In this document: positions 1-9,276 of the stretch, in pieces
Numbering within the stretch: position 1 is the stretch's first letter
Layout: each line of letters starts with the position of its first letter
Program-made: the position numbers and the translations under genes
Notes under the pieces: model-generated
What the model saw: the letters and a program-made list of their open reading frames with translations, nothing else
Told to the model about the DNA's origin: nothing
Databases searched by the model: none
Source of the DNA: a virus
IMG/VR virus record: IMGVR_UViG_3300026516_000001
Length of the DNA: 64,000 nucleotides
Strand: one strand, 5' to 3'

Positions 1-51
1 CGGCAATCCTGATCCCTAGCGGATCGACCAAGCAGTTTGTGAAAGGCCGAC

Positions 52-68
52 GCGGGTTCGGAATCCCG
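52..68 (+). ncRNA. T-arm of a tRNA-like element (5' part may lie outside the window)
   Basis: GCGGG-TTCGAAT-CCCGC is a 5-bp stem with a canonical T-loop; no full cloverleaf is visible. Confidence 0.35.
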
Positions 69-94
69 CGGACGGAAGGACGGGAGAAGAGAGC

Positions 95-988
95 ATGAGC
101 ACCGCACTGACAACGCTGACCAGCAAGCTGGCGGCAAAGCTGGACATGGGTACGGACGGAAGCGACTTGATTGAAACCCTGAAGGCTACTGCTTTCAAGG
201 GCGAAGTCAGCAACGCGCAGATGACTGCGCTGATGGTTGTCGCAAACCAGTACGGCTTGAACCCCTGGACGAAAGAGATTTATGCCTTTCCTGACAAGAA
301 CAACGGGATTGTGCCTGTCGTTGGCGTGGACGGCTGGGCGCGCATCATCAACGACAACCCTCAATTTGACGGCATGGACTTCGCGCAGTCCGACGAGATG
401 GTGAGGATGCCGGGCGCAAATAGCGACGCGCCAGCATGGATTGAGTGCGCGATGTACCGGAAAGATCGGACTCGCCCGGTCATCATTCGTGAGTACCTGG
501 ACGAAGTGTACCGCGAGCCATTCAAGGGCAAATTCGGGCCTGTTATCGGCCCGTGGCAGACACACCCGAAACGGTTCTTGCGGCACAAAGCAATGATCCA
601 GTGCGCTCGTATGGCATTTGGATATGGCGGCATCTACGACCAGGACGAGGCCGAGCGCATCACCGAGCGCGACATGGGCGCCGCCGAGGTCGTCAGCAGC
701 CGCCCTGCACAAGCTGCCGCCCTGCCCGACTACTCGCAATCGGCCTTCGCCGACAACCTGCCCAAGTGGTCCGCCCTGATGCAATCCGGCGCAAAGACGG
801 CCGACCAGATCATTGCGATCGTCAGCACCAAGGGCGCGCTGTCCGAGGCTCAAAAAGCCGCGATTCGCGCCGCAGCGCAACCAAAGCAGGAAACCCGCCC
901 CGAAGTCATCGACGCGCCCGAGCAGAAAGCCCAGGCCGATGACGACGGCTGGATCGAAGACTACGAAAGCACGGAGGCAGGACAATGA
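95..988 (+). CDS. bet: Phage recombination protein Bet (single-strand annealing)
   Basis: ANQYGLNPWTKEIYAFPDK, GIVPVVGVDGW, GPWQTHPKRFLRHKAMIQCAR and GIYDQDEAERI match lambda Red-beta. Confidence 0.95.
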   Translation: MSTALTTLTSKLAAKLDMGTDGSDLIETLKATAFKGEVSNAQMTALMVVANQYGLNPWTKEIYAFPDKNNGIVPVVGVDGWARIINDNPQFDGMDFAQSDEMVRMPGANSDAPAWIECAMYRKDRTRPVIIREYLDEVYREPFKGKFGPVIGPWQTHPKRFLRHKAMIQCARMAFGYGGIYDQDEAERITERDMGAAEVVSSRPAQAAALPDYSQSAFADNLPKWSALMQSGAKTADQIIAIVSTKGALSEAQKAAIRAAAQPKQETRPEVIDAPEQKAQADDDGWIEDYESTEAGQ

Positions 989-2763
989 ACATCACGATCA
1001 CCAACCGCGTCACTCACGACTGCGCCCAGGGCTCCGATGCCTGGCACGCGCTGCGCGCCAAGCACTTCACCGCCAGCGAGGCCAGCGCGATGCTGGGCGT
1101 CTCGAAATACCAGACGCGCGCCGACCTGCTGAAGCGCAAGGCGACCGGCCTGGCCGAAGAGGTCGACGCCGGCACGCAGCGCCGGTTCGACGCCGGTCAT
1201 GCGGTCGAGGCCGCAGCGCGCCCGATCGTGGAAAGCCATCTCGGAGATGACCTCTACCCGATCACGATGACCGCCGACGTCAACGGCCTGCCGCTGCTGG
1301 CTTCGATGGACGGCCTGACGATGCTGGGCGACACCGGATGGGAAACCAAGCTGCTGAACCAGGATCTGCGCGCCGACGTGGAGGCCGGCACGCTGCACGA
1401 GCACTACACCGTGCAGATGGAGCAGCAGCTCATGGTGTCGGGCGCTGATCGCGTCTACTTTACGACGACGGACGGCACGCCGGAGAACACCTTTGGCGTG
1501 TGGTACGAGTCGAATCCGGCGCTGCGCGAGCGCATCGTCGCCGGCTGGCAGCAGTTCGCCAAGGACGTTGCAGCCTACGTGCCCGCACCCGAGGCCGTGA
1601 AGCCGGCCGGCAAGGCGCCCGACGCACTGCCGGCGCTGCGTATCGAAGTCACCGGAATGGTGACGGCCAGCAACCTCGCTGCGTTCCGCGAGCACGCCCT
1701 TGCAGTCTTCGGCGGCATCAACACCGACCTGCAGACCGATGCCGACTTCGCCGACGCAGAGCGCACGGTGAAGTGGTGCAAGGAGGTTGAAGACCGGCTC
1801 GACGCTGCCAAGCAGCACGCGCTGTCGCAGACCGCCAGCATTGATGAACTGTTCCGCACGATCGACGCGATCAAGGAAGAGGCGCGGCAGAAGCGGCTCA
1901 CGCTCGACAAGCTGGTGAAGGCGGAGAAAGAAAACCGGAAGGCGGAGATCGTCTCCGAGGCGCGCAAGGCGTTCGCCGATCACTGGTCCGCCCTGTGCCG
2001 GCGCGTCGGCGGGGAGTGGATTCCCGCCGTTGGCGTGTCGTACTTTGCCGACGCGATCAAAGGTCTCAAGAGCCTGGGCAGCATGCGCGACAAGGCATCG
2101 ACCGCCCTCGCTCACGCCAAGATCGAAGCCAACGCCGTCGCCGACTGTATCGACGCCAACCGCAAGCTGGTCGAGGACATGAGCCTGATGCCCGACTTCG
2201 CCCAGGTCTGCACGAAGGCGCCGGATGACTTCGCCGCGCTCTACGCGATGCGCAAGCAGCAGCGCGCTGACGCGGAGGCGAAGCGCCTGGAAGCCGAGCG
2301 CGAGAAGATCCGCCGCGAGGAAGAAGCCAGGGCGCGCGCCGAAGCCGAGCGCATCGCCCAGGCCGAGCGCGAGCGGATTCGCGCGGAAGAGCAAGCCAAG
2401 GCCCAGGCCGCACAAGAGGCCGCGCGGGAGCAGTTTTTTGCCACAGCCGAGGCGCGCATGCAGGCCGATGCCGCAAAGCGCGCGGAAGAGCTCAAGGCGC
2501 TGGCCGGCGCGCTGCCCGAGCCGCCCCCGCAGTTCGCCCAGCCGCAAGCCGATACCGGCGCAAAGATCACGCTCGGCCAGATCAATCAGCGCCTATCGCC
2601 GATCGCACTGAGTGTTGCCGGGCTCACCCAGCTCGGCATTCAGCCGGCCGGCAAGGAGCGCGCAGCGGTGCTGTATCTCGAGAGCGACGTTGCGCGGATC
2701 TGCGCGGCACTGACGGCGCACCTTCAGCGCGTGGCGCGCGGGGAATTCAAGGAGGCAGCATGA
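985..2763 (+). CDS. YqaJ-like recombination exonuclease with coiled-coil C-terminus
   Basis: QGSDAW, TASEA, GH.VE, ASMDG and WETK motifs; ATGA-coupled to bet. Confidence 0.9.
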   Translation: MNITITNRVTHDCAQGSDAWHALRAKHFTASEASAMLGVSKYQTRADLLKRKATGLAEEVDAGTQRRFDAGHAVEAAARPIVESHLGDDLYPITMTADVNGLPLLASMDGLTMLGDTGWETKLLNQDLRADVEAGTLHEHYTVQMEQQLMVSGADRVYFTTTDGTPENTFGVWYESNPALRERIVAGWQQFAKDVAAYVPAPEAVKPAGKAPDALPALRIEVTGMVTASNLAAFREHALAVFGGINTDLQTDADFADAERTVKWCKEVEDRLDAAKQHALSQTASIDELFRTIDAIKEEARQKRLTLDKLVKAEKENRKAEIVSEARKAFADHWSALCRRVGGEWIPAVGVSYFADAIKGLKSLGSMRDKASTALAHAKIEANAVADCIDANRKLVEDMSLMPDFAQVCTKAPDDFAALYAMRKQQRADAEAKRLEAEREKIRREEEARARAEAERIAQAERERIRAEEQAKAQAAQEAAREQFFATAEARMQADAAKRAEELKALAGALPEPPPQFAQPQADTGAKITLGQINQRLSPIALSVAGLTQLGIQPAGKERAAVLYLESDVARICAALTAHLQRVARGEFKEAA

Positions 2764-3341
2764 GCACGATCGAAACCGGCGGGCCGGCGCTTGCATGCGC
2801 GAGATGCGCTGAACCTTCCGTTATCAAGCAGGGCCGACAGTGGCTATGTGCAAAGCACTACAGGTTTGGGCAAATGCGCGCTCTTGCCAAAAGAAGAGGG
2901 AAAGCCGTTCCAAGCAACGAGCAGCTTCACTCTATGCGTGGAGCAGACCTGATATGCCCCGACTGCGGCATTGGCATGAACTGGAGATCGAAAGACGGAC
3001 AAAGCACGGTGGCGTCTCTTCAGCACTATCGAGATGGGACGATGGCTATCGTTTGCCGCTCGTGCAACACAAGGCATGCGTTTATGCCTAACGACGACTA
3101 CAGGGACGCTCCAGCCGACCACAAGCTATGTCCAGCTTGCGGTGAAATAAAGCCACAAGTCGAATTTACCAAAGACAACAGCCGATCCGGAAATCTTAGA
3201 AGAAAAAGTCACTGTCGCACTTGTTCAGATAAGGCCGCTAACCAGTGGAAGGGGAAGAATCGTGAACGATACAACGCATACCAACGGGCGTATCGAGCAA
3301 AGCGAAAGGCAGAAGGCAGTCCTGTCGCCGGGGGAGGTTGA
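2760..3341 (+). CDS. Putative His-Me finger (HNH/EndoVII-like) zinc-ribbon endonuclease
   Basis: CPDC...LQH...VCRSCN core plus KLCPACGEIK..EF...HCRTC ribbon; lower GC than flanks. Confidence 0.6.
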   Translation: MSTIETGGPALACARCAEPSVIKQGRQWLCAKHYRFGQMRALAKRRGKAVPSNEQLHSMRGADLICPDCGIGMNWRSKDGQSTVASLQHYRDGTMAIVCRSCNTRHAFMPNDDYRDAPADHKLCPACGEIKPQVEFTKDNSRSGNLRRKSHCRTCSDKAANQWKGKNRERYNAYQRAYRAKRKAEGSPVAGGG

Positions 3342-3342
3342 T

Positions 3343-3507
3343 TTGCGCGACCACTTCGCCACGCACTGCGGCGAGCTTGGCGACGAAGTTTCCATGGCCC
3401 TTGCGGCAGACGTGATGGGCTGGCATCGGCTCTGGCGCGCAGTACATGCCGCCCACCGTTACATGATGGCCGACGCCATGCTTGCCGCCCGCAAGGAAAA
3501 ACCATGA
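3343..3507 (+). CDS. 3' half of a small phage gene of the GGPA..LRD.FA..ADAMLAAR type, split by the endonuclease insert
   Basis: LRDHFA...YMMADAMLAARK; possible TTG start with GGAGG 5 nt upstream. Confidence 0.5.
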   Translation: MRDHFATHCGELGDEVSMALAADVMGWHRLWRAVHAAHRYMMADAMLAARKEKP

Positions 3508-3824
3508 CCTGGACAAAGCTCACGCCGATTACGATCACCTACAGCGGATCAATTACACGCGATCCGCGCCCGGTTCGGATGCCGCCTGAAGGCGTGATCG
3601 CGGTCGGCTTCGGCTATGCCGCGCTTCACAAGGACGGGGAGCCGGTCTGGTCTGAGGGGGACACGGCCGACGACATGACCTGCGCCGATGCCGAAGCCCT
3701 TGCAGCACAAGACCCCGACCACGACTGGCGCATCGTGCTGCATGGCCCGCTTGCTGGCAGGACGTACCAGCGGCACGGCCCCGGTCGGTGGATGCTGGTC
3801 GAGAAGAACGAAGGCTTCGCGTAG
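3504..3824 (+). CDS. Hypothetical phage protein
   Basis: SD AAGGA, ATGA coupling, typical codon usage. Confidence 0.75.
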   Translation: MTWTKLTPITITYSGSITRDPRPVRMPPEGVIAVGFGYAALHKDGEPVWSEGDTADDMTCADAEALAAQDPDHDWRIVLHGPLAGRTYQRHGPGRWMLVEKNEGFA

Positions 3825-3839
3825 CAGTAACCGATCAAC

Positions 3840-3981
3840 GGGGCGAATGCGCAGGTCGATGCGCAAGATGCGGAATACAGGGGTGTAACGGCTCTTTGTG
3901 GTGCCTGCATAGCAGGGCGAGCCAGTGCCGACATGACCGCGTGAAACCACAAGCAGGAGATCGACGCCTGCCGCCCCACCA
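3840..3981 (+). ncRNA. tRNA-shaped structured RNA with loop-loop pseudoknot (copy 1)
   Basis: GGGGCG/CGCCCC closing stem plus ACCA; hairpins GCGCA/TGCGC and GCAGG/CCTGC with complementary GTCGAT/ATCGAC; homolog at 63519. Confidence 0.7.
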
Positions 3982-3997
3982 GAAATAGCGCCCTCCC

Positions 3998-4747
3998 ATG
4001 AAAAAACACGGCCTTTCCGAGCTTTTGCGGTGCTACAGGAAGTGGGGAAAAGACGCTCTCGAGCCTTACGGAGGCTCGCCAATATTGCTAATTTCTGATT
4101 ATGGAAGAAGGGCGTTTTTGGGCGCGCCGTCTTGGGCATCACCCGTGCCTTCGGATCACATTCTTCGACTTCTTGTGAGGGTGTTTTCTAAAAAGAATGT
4201 CGTGACGTTTGACGAATGGAACGCTTTGCTCGACAGGGTTCTCGGCCGCATGTACCCCAGCAGGCAAGGCGCAGCGTCGATAAGGCGCAGGCTTTTCCGC
4301 TACGAATATGGCGAGATAGTCGCGTGGGGAATTACGGGCGGTGAAATTTGGCCGATGTCTTCCAGAGACGCAGCTTTTTTCAGCGATAGCCCGGGAGAAA
4401 GGCGGCGCGCAGAGCAGGCGAAATCGGCGGCAGAGCAGGCGGAGTCTGAAAGGCGCGCAGCTACGGACAGATGGGGGAAGTGCGATCTTTGCGGGGAGCC
4501 GAAAAAAACCAACAAGACACGCGACGCACTCAAGGGCTGGCGTGCTGAAAGAAACGCACAAGGCGGCATCCGGCGCGGACAGCCTTACAGCATTACCTAC
4601 GGCAATTACCTCTGCGCTGAATGCAATGCCTATGTGCGTCAAGAGTTGAAGATGGTTGAACGCGCGCAGCGCGTGCTTGACAGGCTGAGCGCAGAAACCA
4701 GAACGCTAACCAAAGCAACCAAGGAGTATAGAAATGGCTATCAATGA
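3998..4747 (+). CDS. Hypothetical protein with CxxC motifs, lower GC
   Basis: 249-aa ORF with CDLC and CAEC. Confidence 0.6.
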   Translation: MKKHGLSELLRCYRKWGKDALEPYGGSPILLISDYGRRAFLGAPSWASPVPSDHILRLLVRVFSKKNVVTFDEWNALLDRVLGRMYPSRQGAASIRRRLFRYEYGEIVAWGITGGEIWPMSSRDAAFFSDSPGERRRAEQAKSAAEQAESERRAATDRWGKCDLCGEPKKTNKTRDALKGWRAERNAQGGIRRGQPYSITYGNYLCAECNAYVRQELKMVERAQRVLDRLSAETRTLTKATKEYRNGYQ

Positions 4748-5006
4748 AGTTATCAGCACCACAGGCGACGTCCGCCGCCTTTTGGCTCAAACGATGAGCG
4801 AAATCCGAACCGGGGACATCCCGGTTCAGAAGGCCATGGCAATCGCGGCGGTCGCCAAAGAAATTACGGCGTCGATGCAGACCGAAGTGAACATCGCCAA
4901 AGCCAAGATCGCACTAGGAGAAAACGGTAAGGCGCTTGGGCAAATCACCAACCTCGGCAGGATGCTGATTCACGACGAGTCGCCCGCGGTCCTTGACGGA
5001 AGATGA
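4734..5006 (+). CDS. Hypothetical protein
   Basis: SD AAGGAG, 90 aa. Confidence 0.75.
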   Translation: MAINEVISTTGDVRRLLAQTMSEIRTGDIPVQKAMAIAAVAKEITASMQTEVNIAKAKIALGENGKALGQITNLGRMLIHDESPAVLDGR

Positions 5007-5230
5007 GCCGAACCTTCCGCCGCTACTACCGCACTGGCCTCAAAACCCTGCGTGACGGCAAGGCGCGCGCCTGGAACTGGAGCACGCCGTCGTGGTGGAC
5101 CAACCTGTCCCACCCCCGACCATGCAGGCGTGCGACGCGGCGCGCGGAATGGCTCGTGCTGCACAACCCTTATGCGGCAGACGGCTTGATATGGCCGCTC
5201 GACAAAAAGCCGCACGCCTACTTTTGGTAA
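5003..5230 (+). CDS. Small basic hypothetical protein
   Basis: ATGA-coupled; ends KKPHAYFW. Confidence 0.65.
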   Translation: MSRTFRRYYRTGLKTLRDGKARAWNWSTPSWWTNLSHPRPCRRATRRAEWLVLHNPYAADGLIWPLDKKPHAYFW

Positions 5231-5245
5231 CGCCAAGGAGCAAGC

Positions 5246-5515
5246 ATGACCACCAAAGCCCCCAAGTTCGCCCCCGTCACCGGCGAAACCGCCCTTGCCA
5301 TGCGCAAGAAACTCCACGTCAACCAGTCGGAATTCTGGTCTCGCGTCGGCATCGGCCAGTCGAACGGCAGCCGCTATGAGTCGGGCCGCAACATCCCGCG
5401 CCCGGTGCAGATGCTGCTGCGCATCGCCTATGGCACCAAGGCCCAGGCCGCCAAGCAGATGGAAGCTCTGCGCCCGAGCGCCACCGCCGAAGCCAGCGAG
5501 GAGACCGCATCGTGA
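5246..5515 (+). CDS. XRE-family HTH regulator
   Basis: RKKLHVNQSEFWSRVGIGQSNGSRYESGRNIP; SD AAGGAG. Confidence 0.85.
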   Translation: MTTKAPKFAPVTGETALAMRKKLHVNQSEFWSRVGIGQSNGSRYESGRNIPRPVQMLLRIAYGTKAQAAKQMEALRPSATAEASEETAS

Positions 5516-6735
5516 ACGCCCGCGACAACACCCCCTTGCGCACGCTGATCGCCAATCGCCTCGCAGCCGGCGAAGACACGGCCGCAGGCATCGCTCAGGC
5601 CATCGGCAAAGGCGACACCCCCTCGATCGTCGTCAAGGAGCTCAACGCCATGCGCACCGACGGCCAGGTCGAATGCGAGCAGCGCGAGCGCGGCAAGAAA
5701 AATGGGCTGGTGTACTGGCTGGCAGTGCCGCTCGAGGTCGCCGCCGGCAACGTTGCGCCGGGATCGCCCGACGATCGCACCCCAGCCATCATCAGCGAAT
5801 CCGTTCTGCCGGCCGGCATGCGGCAGGGCACGCGCGCCGCGCAGATCTACCGCGTCCTGCCGCTCTATGGCGCCGAGCCAATGACCGCGCGCCAGATCGC
5901 CACAGCCACGGGCGCCGCGCTCGGCCTGATCTCCCCCACCCTTTCCGGGATGGTCAAGGCTGGCCAGGTGTCGCGCGTATCTTCTGGCGTGACCGATGCC
6001 TACGGCTACACCCGCCTGCCGCCGGCCGGTAGCGACAGCGAAGGGGGCGAGACGGACGTCGCCGCCGCCAAGGACATCCCGCCGCCGCAGTATGACCCGA
6101 ATGAGGTCGCGTTCAGGGCGCCGGACCCGCTCGCTCAGATCCGCGACCTACTGCTGCCGCTCGTCTGCATTGGCGACACCTCGCACATGCCGGACGCGCT
6201 CCAGATTGCGCGCAGCATCCCCGGCTTGATCGCCGGCCTGCGCCGCGACATCGCCAATCGCGACGCCGCGCTCGAGCAGATGGACGCGCAAGTCGTGTCC
6301 GCCAGCGAGACGCTCGCCCCGCTCGTGCTTGGCGACACCGACACGTCGGACATGGGCCTGCAGGAGATCGCCGAGAAGGTCGCAGCCGTGGTCAACGCGC
6401 ACGACGACGAGTTGCTCGCACAAGCGAAGACGATCATCGACCTGCGCAACCAGCTCGGGGAAGAGTGCACTGCACGCCAGTCGCTGCAAGAGCAGATCGA
6501 GCACCTGCAGCGCGAGGCCATGCGCGGCGACACCTGCCTATCTGGCCAGGATCGCTACACGGCTGCCGGCTACCTCGTGCGAGCCAGCAAGCGCAAGCCG
6601 CGCACGCTCCTTTCCGAAGACAAGGCCCGCGAAGCCGCGATGAGTTCGATTCGCACCGGCGCGCCGTGGGCGGCCGTCTATGCGCTGGTTCCGATCGGCT
6701 GCGCCCGCCGCGGCGTGGAGTGGTGGTCGGCGTGA
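5512..6735 (+). CDS. Hypothetical protein with winged-HTH-like segments and coiled coil
   Basis: 407 aa; MTARQIATATG...ISPTLSGMVKAGQV. Confidence 0.75.
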   Translation: MNARDNTPLRTLIANRLAAGEDTAAGIAQAIGKGDTPSIVVKELNAMRTDGQVECEQRERGKKNGLVYWLAVPLEVAAGNVAPGSPDDRTPAIISESVLPAGMRQGTRAAQIYRVLPLYGAEPMTARQIATATGAALGLISPTLSGMVKAGQVSRVSSGVTDAYGYTRLPPAGSDSEGGETDVAAAKDIPPPQYDPNEVAFRAPDPLAQIRDLLLPLVCIGDTSHMPDALQIARSIPGLIAGLRRDIANRDAALEQMDAQVVSASETLAPLVLGDTDTSDMGLQEIAEKVAAVVNAHDDELLAQAKTIIDLRNQLGEECTARQSLQEQIEHLQREAMRGDTCLSGQDRYTAAGYLVRASKRKPRTLLSEDKAREAAMSSIRTGAPWAAVYALVPIGCARRGVEWWSA

Positions 6736-7132
6736 TCCGCCCCGAGCTCAGGCGCATTGCCGCCAAGGTGCGCGCCCGCCTGCAATCGGGCGAAGCGCTC
6801 ACATGGCGCGACGTGTGGGCCATGGCGCCCGACGCATCGCGCACATGGGCGCACGACACGCTGCGCAAGCTGCGCGCCAAGGGCGAGATCCACGTCGCCG
6901 ACTGGACGCGCAGCATGCAAGGCCCCGCGATGCCCACCTACCGCTGGGGCGCGGGCGTGGATGTGCCGCCCACCCGGACAAGGTTGCTGCCGCCCGCAAG
7001 CGCGATGTGTTCAAGCGCCGCCGCAGCCCCATCCTCGACCCCATCACCGCCGCCATGCTCGGCTACACCCGGCGCGGCACCGGATGGGTCAAGAAGAACG
7101 CCGTATCAACCACTCAGGAAGCAACGCAATGA
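6732..7132 (+). pseudogene. Frameshifted winged-helix-like gene
   Basis: GTG-start frame reads as protein up to GVDVPP (~6970), then continues in another frame (HPDKVAAARKR...QEATQ) that ends coupled to ssb. Confidence 0.55.
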
Positions 7133-7611
7133 TTCTCACCGGACTCGCCCGCATCGGCAAGGATGCAGAACTGCGCTACACCTCGAACAACGAGCCCGTC
7201 TGCAACATCTCGATCGCCTACAACTACGGCCGCAAAGGCGACGATGGAAAGCGCCCTACGCAGTGGATTGAGGCAGCGCTTTGGGGCAAGCGCGCCGAGT
7301 CGCTGGCGCCCTACCTGCTCAAGGGCAAGCAGGTCGACGTCGTGCTTGAGGAACCGCACATCGAGACCTTCGAGGGTCGCAACGGCACCGGTCACAAGCT
7401 CGTCGGCCGCGTCCTCTCCATCGAGTTTGCCAGCGACGGGCAGCGCCAGGATGCGCCGCAGCACGAAACCCGCGCACCGGCCCCGCGTCCGGCCGCCGCA
7501 CCCGCCCGCCCGCAGCAGTCCGGCGGCGCACAGGGCGGGTTCGGCGACTTCGGAGACGACGACATCCCGTTCCTTCGCCACGGCCACGGCGCCGCCTGGA
7601 GAGCCCTGTAA
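7129..7611 (+). CDS. ssb: Single-stranded DNA-binding protein
   Basis: RIGKDAELRYT, TQWIEAALWGKRAESLAPYLLKG and acidic DDDIPF tail. Confidence 0.92.
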   Translation: MILTGLARIGKDAELRYTSNNEPVCNISIAYNYGRKGDDGKRPTQWIEAALWGKRAESLAPYLLKGKQVDVVLEEPHIETFEGRNGTGHKLVGRVLSIEFASDGQRQDAPQHETRAPAPRPAAAPARPQQSGGAQGGFGDFGDDDIPFLRHGHGAAWRAL

Positions 7612-7894
7612 TGCCCGCCCCGAGCATCCGCATCGATTGGCAGCGCGTCGCCCTCAACCTGCGATCGCACGGCGTCCGACTTGAGGCCGCATCGCACCGG
7701 CTGGGCAAGCATCGCACCGGCTGGGCAAGCATCGCAACTGGCTCGGACAACTCGCCCGCGCCGAAACCGGGCAAGCGGTCGAATTTCACGCCGGCCTGCG
7801 CCTGCTCGACTACCACCTGTCCGTCTGCGGTGAGGCCGCGCATCTGGCGCTGCTGTCGGGCCAGCAGGCCTTGCCGATCAAGGAGGCGGCATGA
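7611..7894 (+). pseudogene. Small HTH-like gene disrupted by a 20-bp tandem duplication
   Basis: Removing one GCATCGCACCGGCTGGGCAA copy restores an ORF ending KEAA* coupled to 7891. Confidence 0.7.
7689..7736 (+). repeat. 20-bp tandem repeat, 2.4 copies
   Basis: GCATCGCACCGGCTGGGCAA twice, then GCATCGCA. Confidence 0.95.
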
Positions 7895-8388
7895 GCGCCC
7901 TACGCCAAGCGCTCGGCGCCGCCTACCCGCTGCCTGCAATGGACCCGGACACCGTGCGCTCAATCAGCGCCGGCCTTGCGCGCATCGAGCGCAAAGAGAA
8001 AGCCGAGCGCATTGCAGCCCCCATGCGCGAACTGTTCGACATGCTCGCCCTGGGCGAGGTGTTCGAGCTCGACGGCGTGAGCGTGATGCACATGCCGGAG
8101 ACGGGCGACGAGCACGCCGCTTGGTGCGCTGTCGGCCCGGCGATCCGCGGCTGGATCGACTGCTGGCAGCGCATCGCGCCGGACATCGACACCACGAAGA
8201 TGCGCTACTTGGCGGACCGACTTGACGCGGACAAGCCCATCACGCTGAGGCTGGTCGAACAAGCTCGAGGCGAGTTCGAGGCCACGATCAGCCGCATTCC
8301 AGACCTGACCGAAGGTGCGATCGGCGATGCAATCGTCCGCACGAAGATCGCCTGGGAGTTCGAGCGGATGCGAATGGAGGCTGCATGA
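7891..8388 (+). CDS. Hypothetical protein, weak paralog of 11746..12294
   Basis: SD AAGGAGG; ATGA-coupled. Confidence 0.8.
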   Translation: MSALRQALGAAYPLPAMDPDTVRSISAGLARIERKEKAERIAAPMRELFDMLALGEVFELDGVSVMHMPETGDEHAAWCAVGPAIRGWIDCWQRIAPDIDTTKMRYLADRLDADKPITLRLVEQARGEFEATISRIPDLTEGAIGDAIVRTKIAWEFERMRMEAA

Positions 8389-8564
8389 CCCCACAGAACA
8401 CCGCCCCGCCGACCTGCCGCGCCTGCGGTCACGTCGCGCTGGTGAGCATCACCCAGGGCCAGCGCGTCGAGCGCTACGACCGCTGCGGACATCCGAGCGG
8501 GCCGCATCCGATGCACACGCCTTGTGCGTGGCATCAGTCGAAGACACAAGGAATGATGAAATGA
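8385..8564 (+). CDS. 59-aa Cys/His-rich protein (not in ORF track)
   Basis: MTPQNTAPPTCRACGHV...DRCGHPSGPHPMHTPCAW; ATGA overlaps at both ends. Confidence 0.7.
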   Translation: MTPQNTAPPTCRACGHVALVSITQGQRVERYDRCGHPSGPHPMHTPCAWHQSKTQGMMK

Positions 8565-9121
8565 GCGACAAGATTGTGATGAGCGACAGCACTGAGGCGG
8601 CGCAATACCGGACCGATTTGAAGGGATGGGTTTCGCGCGACGGGTTCTACTTCGGCGATGGCCCGCAAGGCGAAAGAGCGGCCCGCTACTCCGGCTGCAC
8701 CCATGTTCCGTGCGGCCGTTGCGGCGCACCAACACCGCGTGGATACACGCAGTGCCGCGACTGCCGCGAACTGACCTACATCGCAAAGTACGAGGCCATG
8801 CCTCGCGCCGCGTGGGACGGCAAAGCCATGATCTACTCGGAGTCCCGCGACCAGTATTACTACACCCCGGACGATGCCGCCGAGGATCTGGAAGAAGATC
8901 AGACGCTGGCTGACCTGAGGCTGGTGATCTGCACGCCAAATTACGTGCGCCAAATCGAGGCGGACTACGTCTGCGACGAACTACCCGAGGACGGCGACGT
9001 TCCGGACGCGGTAGCAGACGCGATGGAGGCATTCAACAAGGCAGTGGCCGGCATCGTACTTTCGTGGTCGCCTGGAGGCACGGCCTTGGCGCTTGCAACC
9101 CCGAATGAGCCTACACCATGA
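8561..9121 (+). CDS. Hypothetical phage protein with CxxC pairs
   Basis: Start MSDKIVMSDS; GWVSRDG.YFG, CGRC and CRDC. Confidence 0.8.
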   Translation: MSDKIVMSDSTEAAQYRTDLKGWVSRDGFYFGDGPQGERAARYSGCTHVPCGRCGAPTPRGYTQCRDCRELTYIAKYEAMPRAAWDGKAMIYSESRDQYYYTPDDAAEDLEEDQTLADLRLVICTPNYVRQIEADYVCDELPEDGDVPDAVADAMEAFNKAVAGIVLSWSPGGTALALATPNEPTP

Positions 9122-9276
9122 CCACCCCCTACAAAACAATCGACCGCCTCTGCTTCTTCGACATCGCATGCCGCCGCATCGAGGACGCGCAGCGCGTGCA
9201 GGACATGTTTGCGCACGAGGTCCGCGACGCCTATGAGATGACGCAGCAACAAGCGGATTTGCTGGAGGGCGAATGA
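9118..9276 (+). pseudogene. Probable remnant of an amino-DNA methyltransferase
   Basis: FDIACRRIEDAQR...D.F resembles the C-terminal helix of phage N4/N6 methyltransferases; only 52 aa. Confidence 0.45.

Noticed and set aside
3840..3981. tmRNA or canonical tRNA
   Set aside because: GGGGC...ACCA ends look similar, but it is too short for tmRNA and has no TTC T-loop, tag ORF or anticodon arm
7611..8225. 204-aa ORF as a real protein
   Set aside because: Out-of-frame read-through created by the 20-bp duplication, overlapping the better gene at 7891
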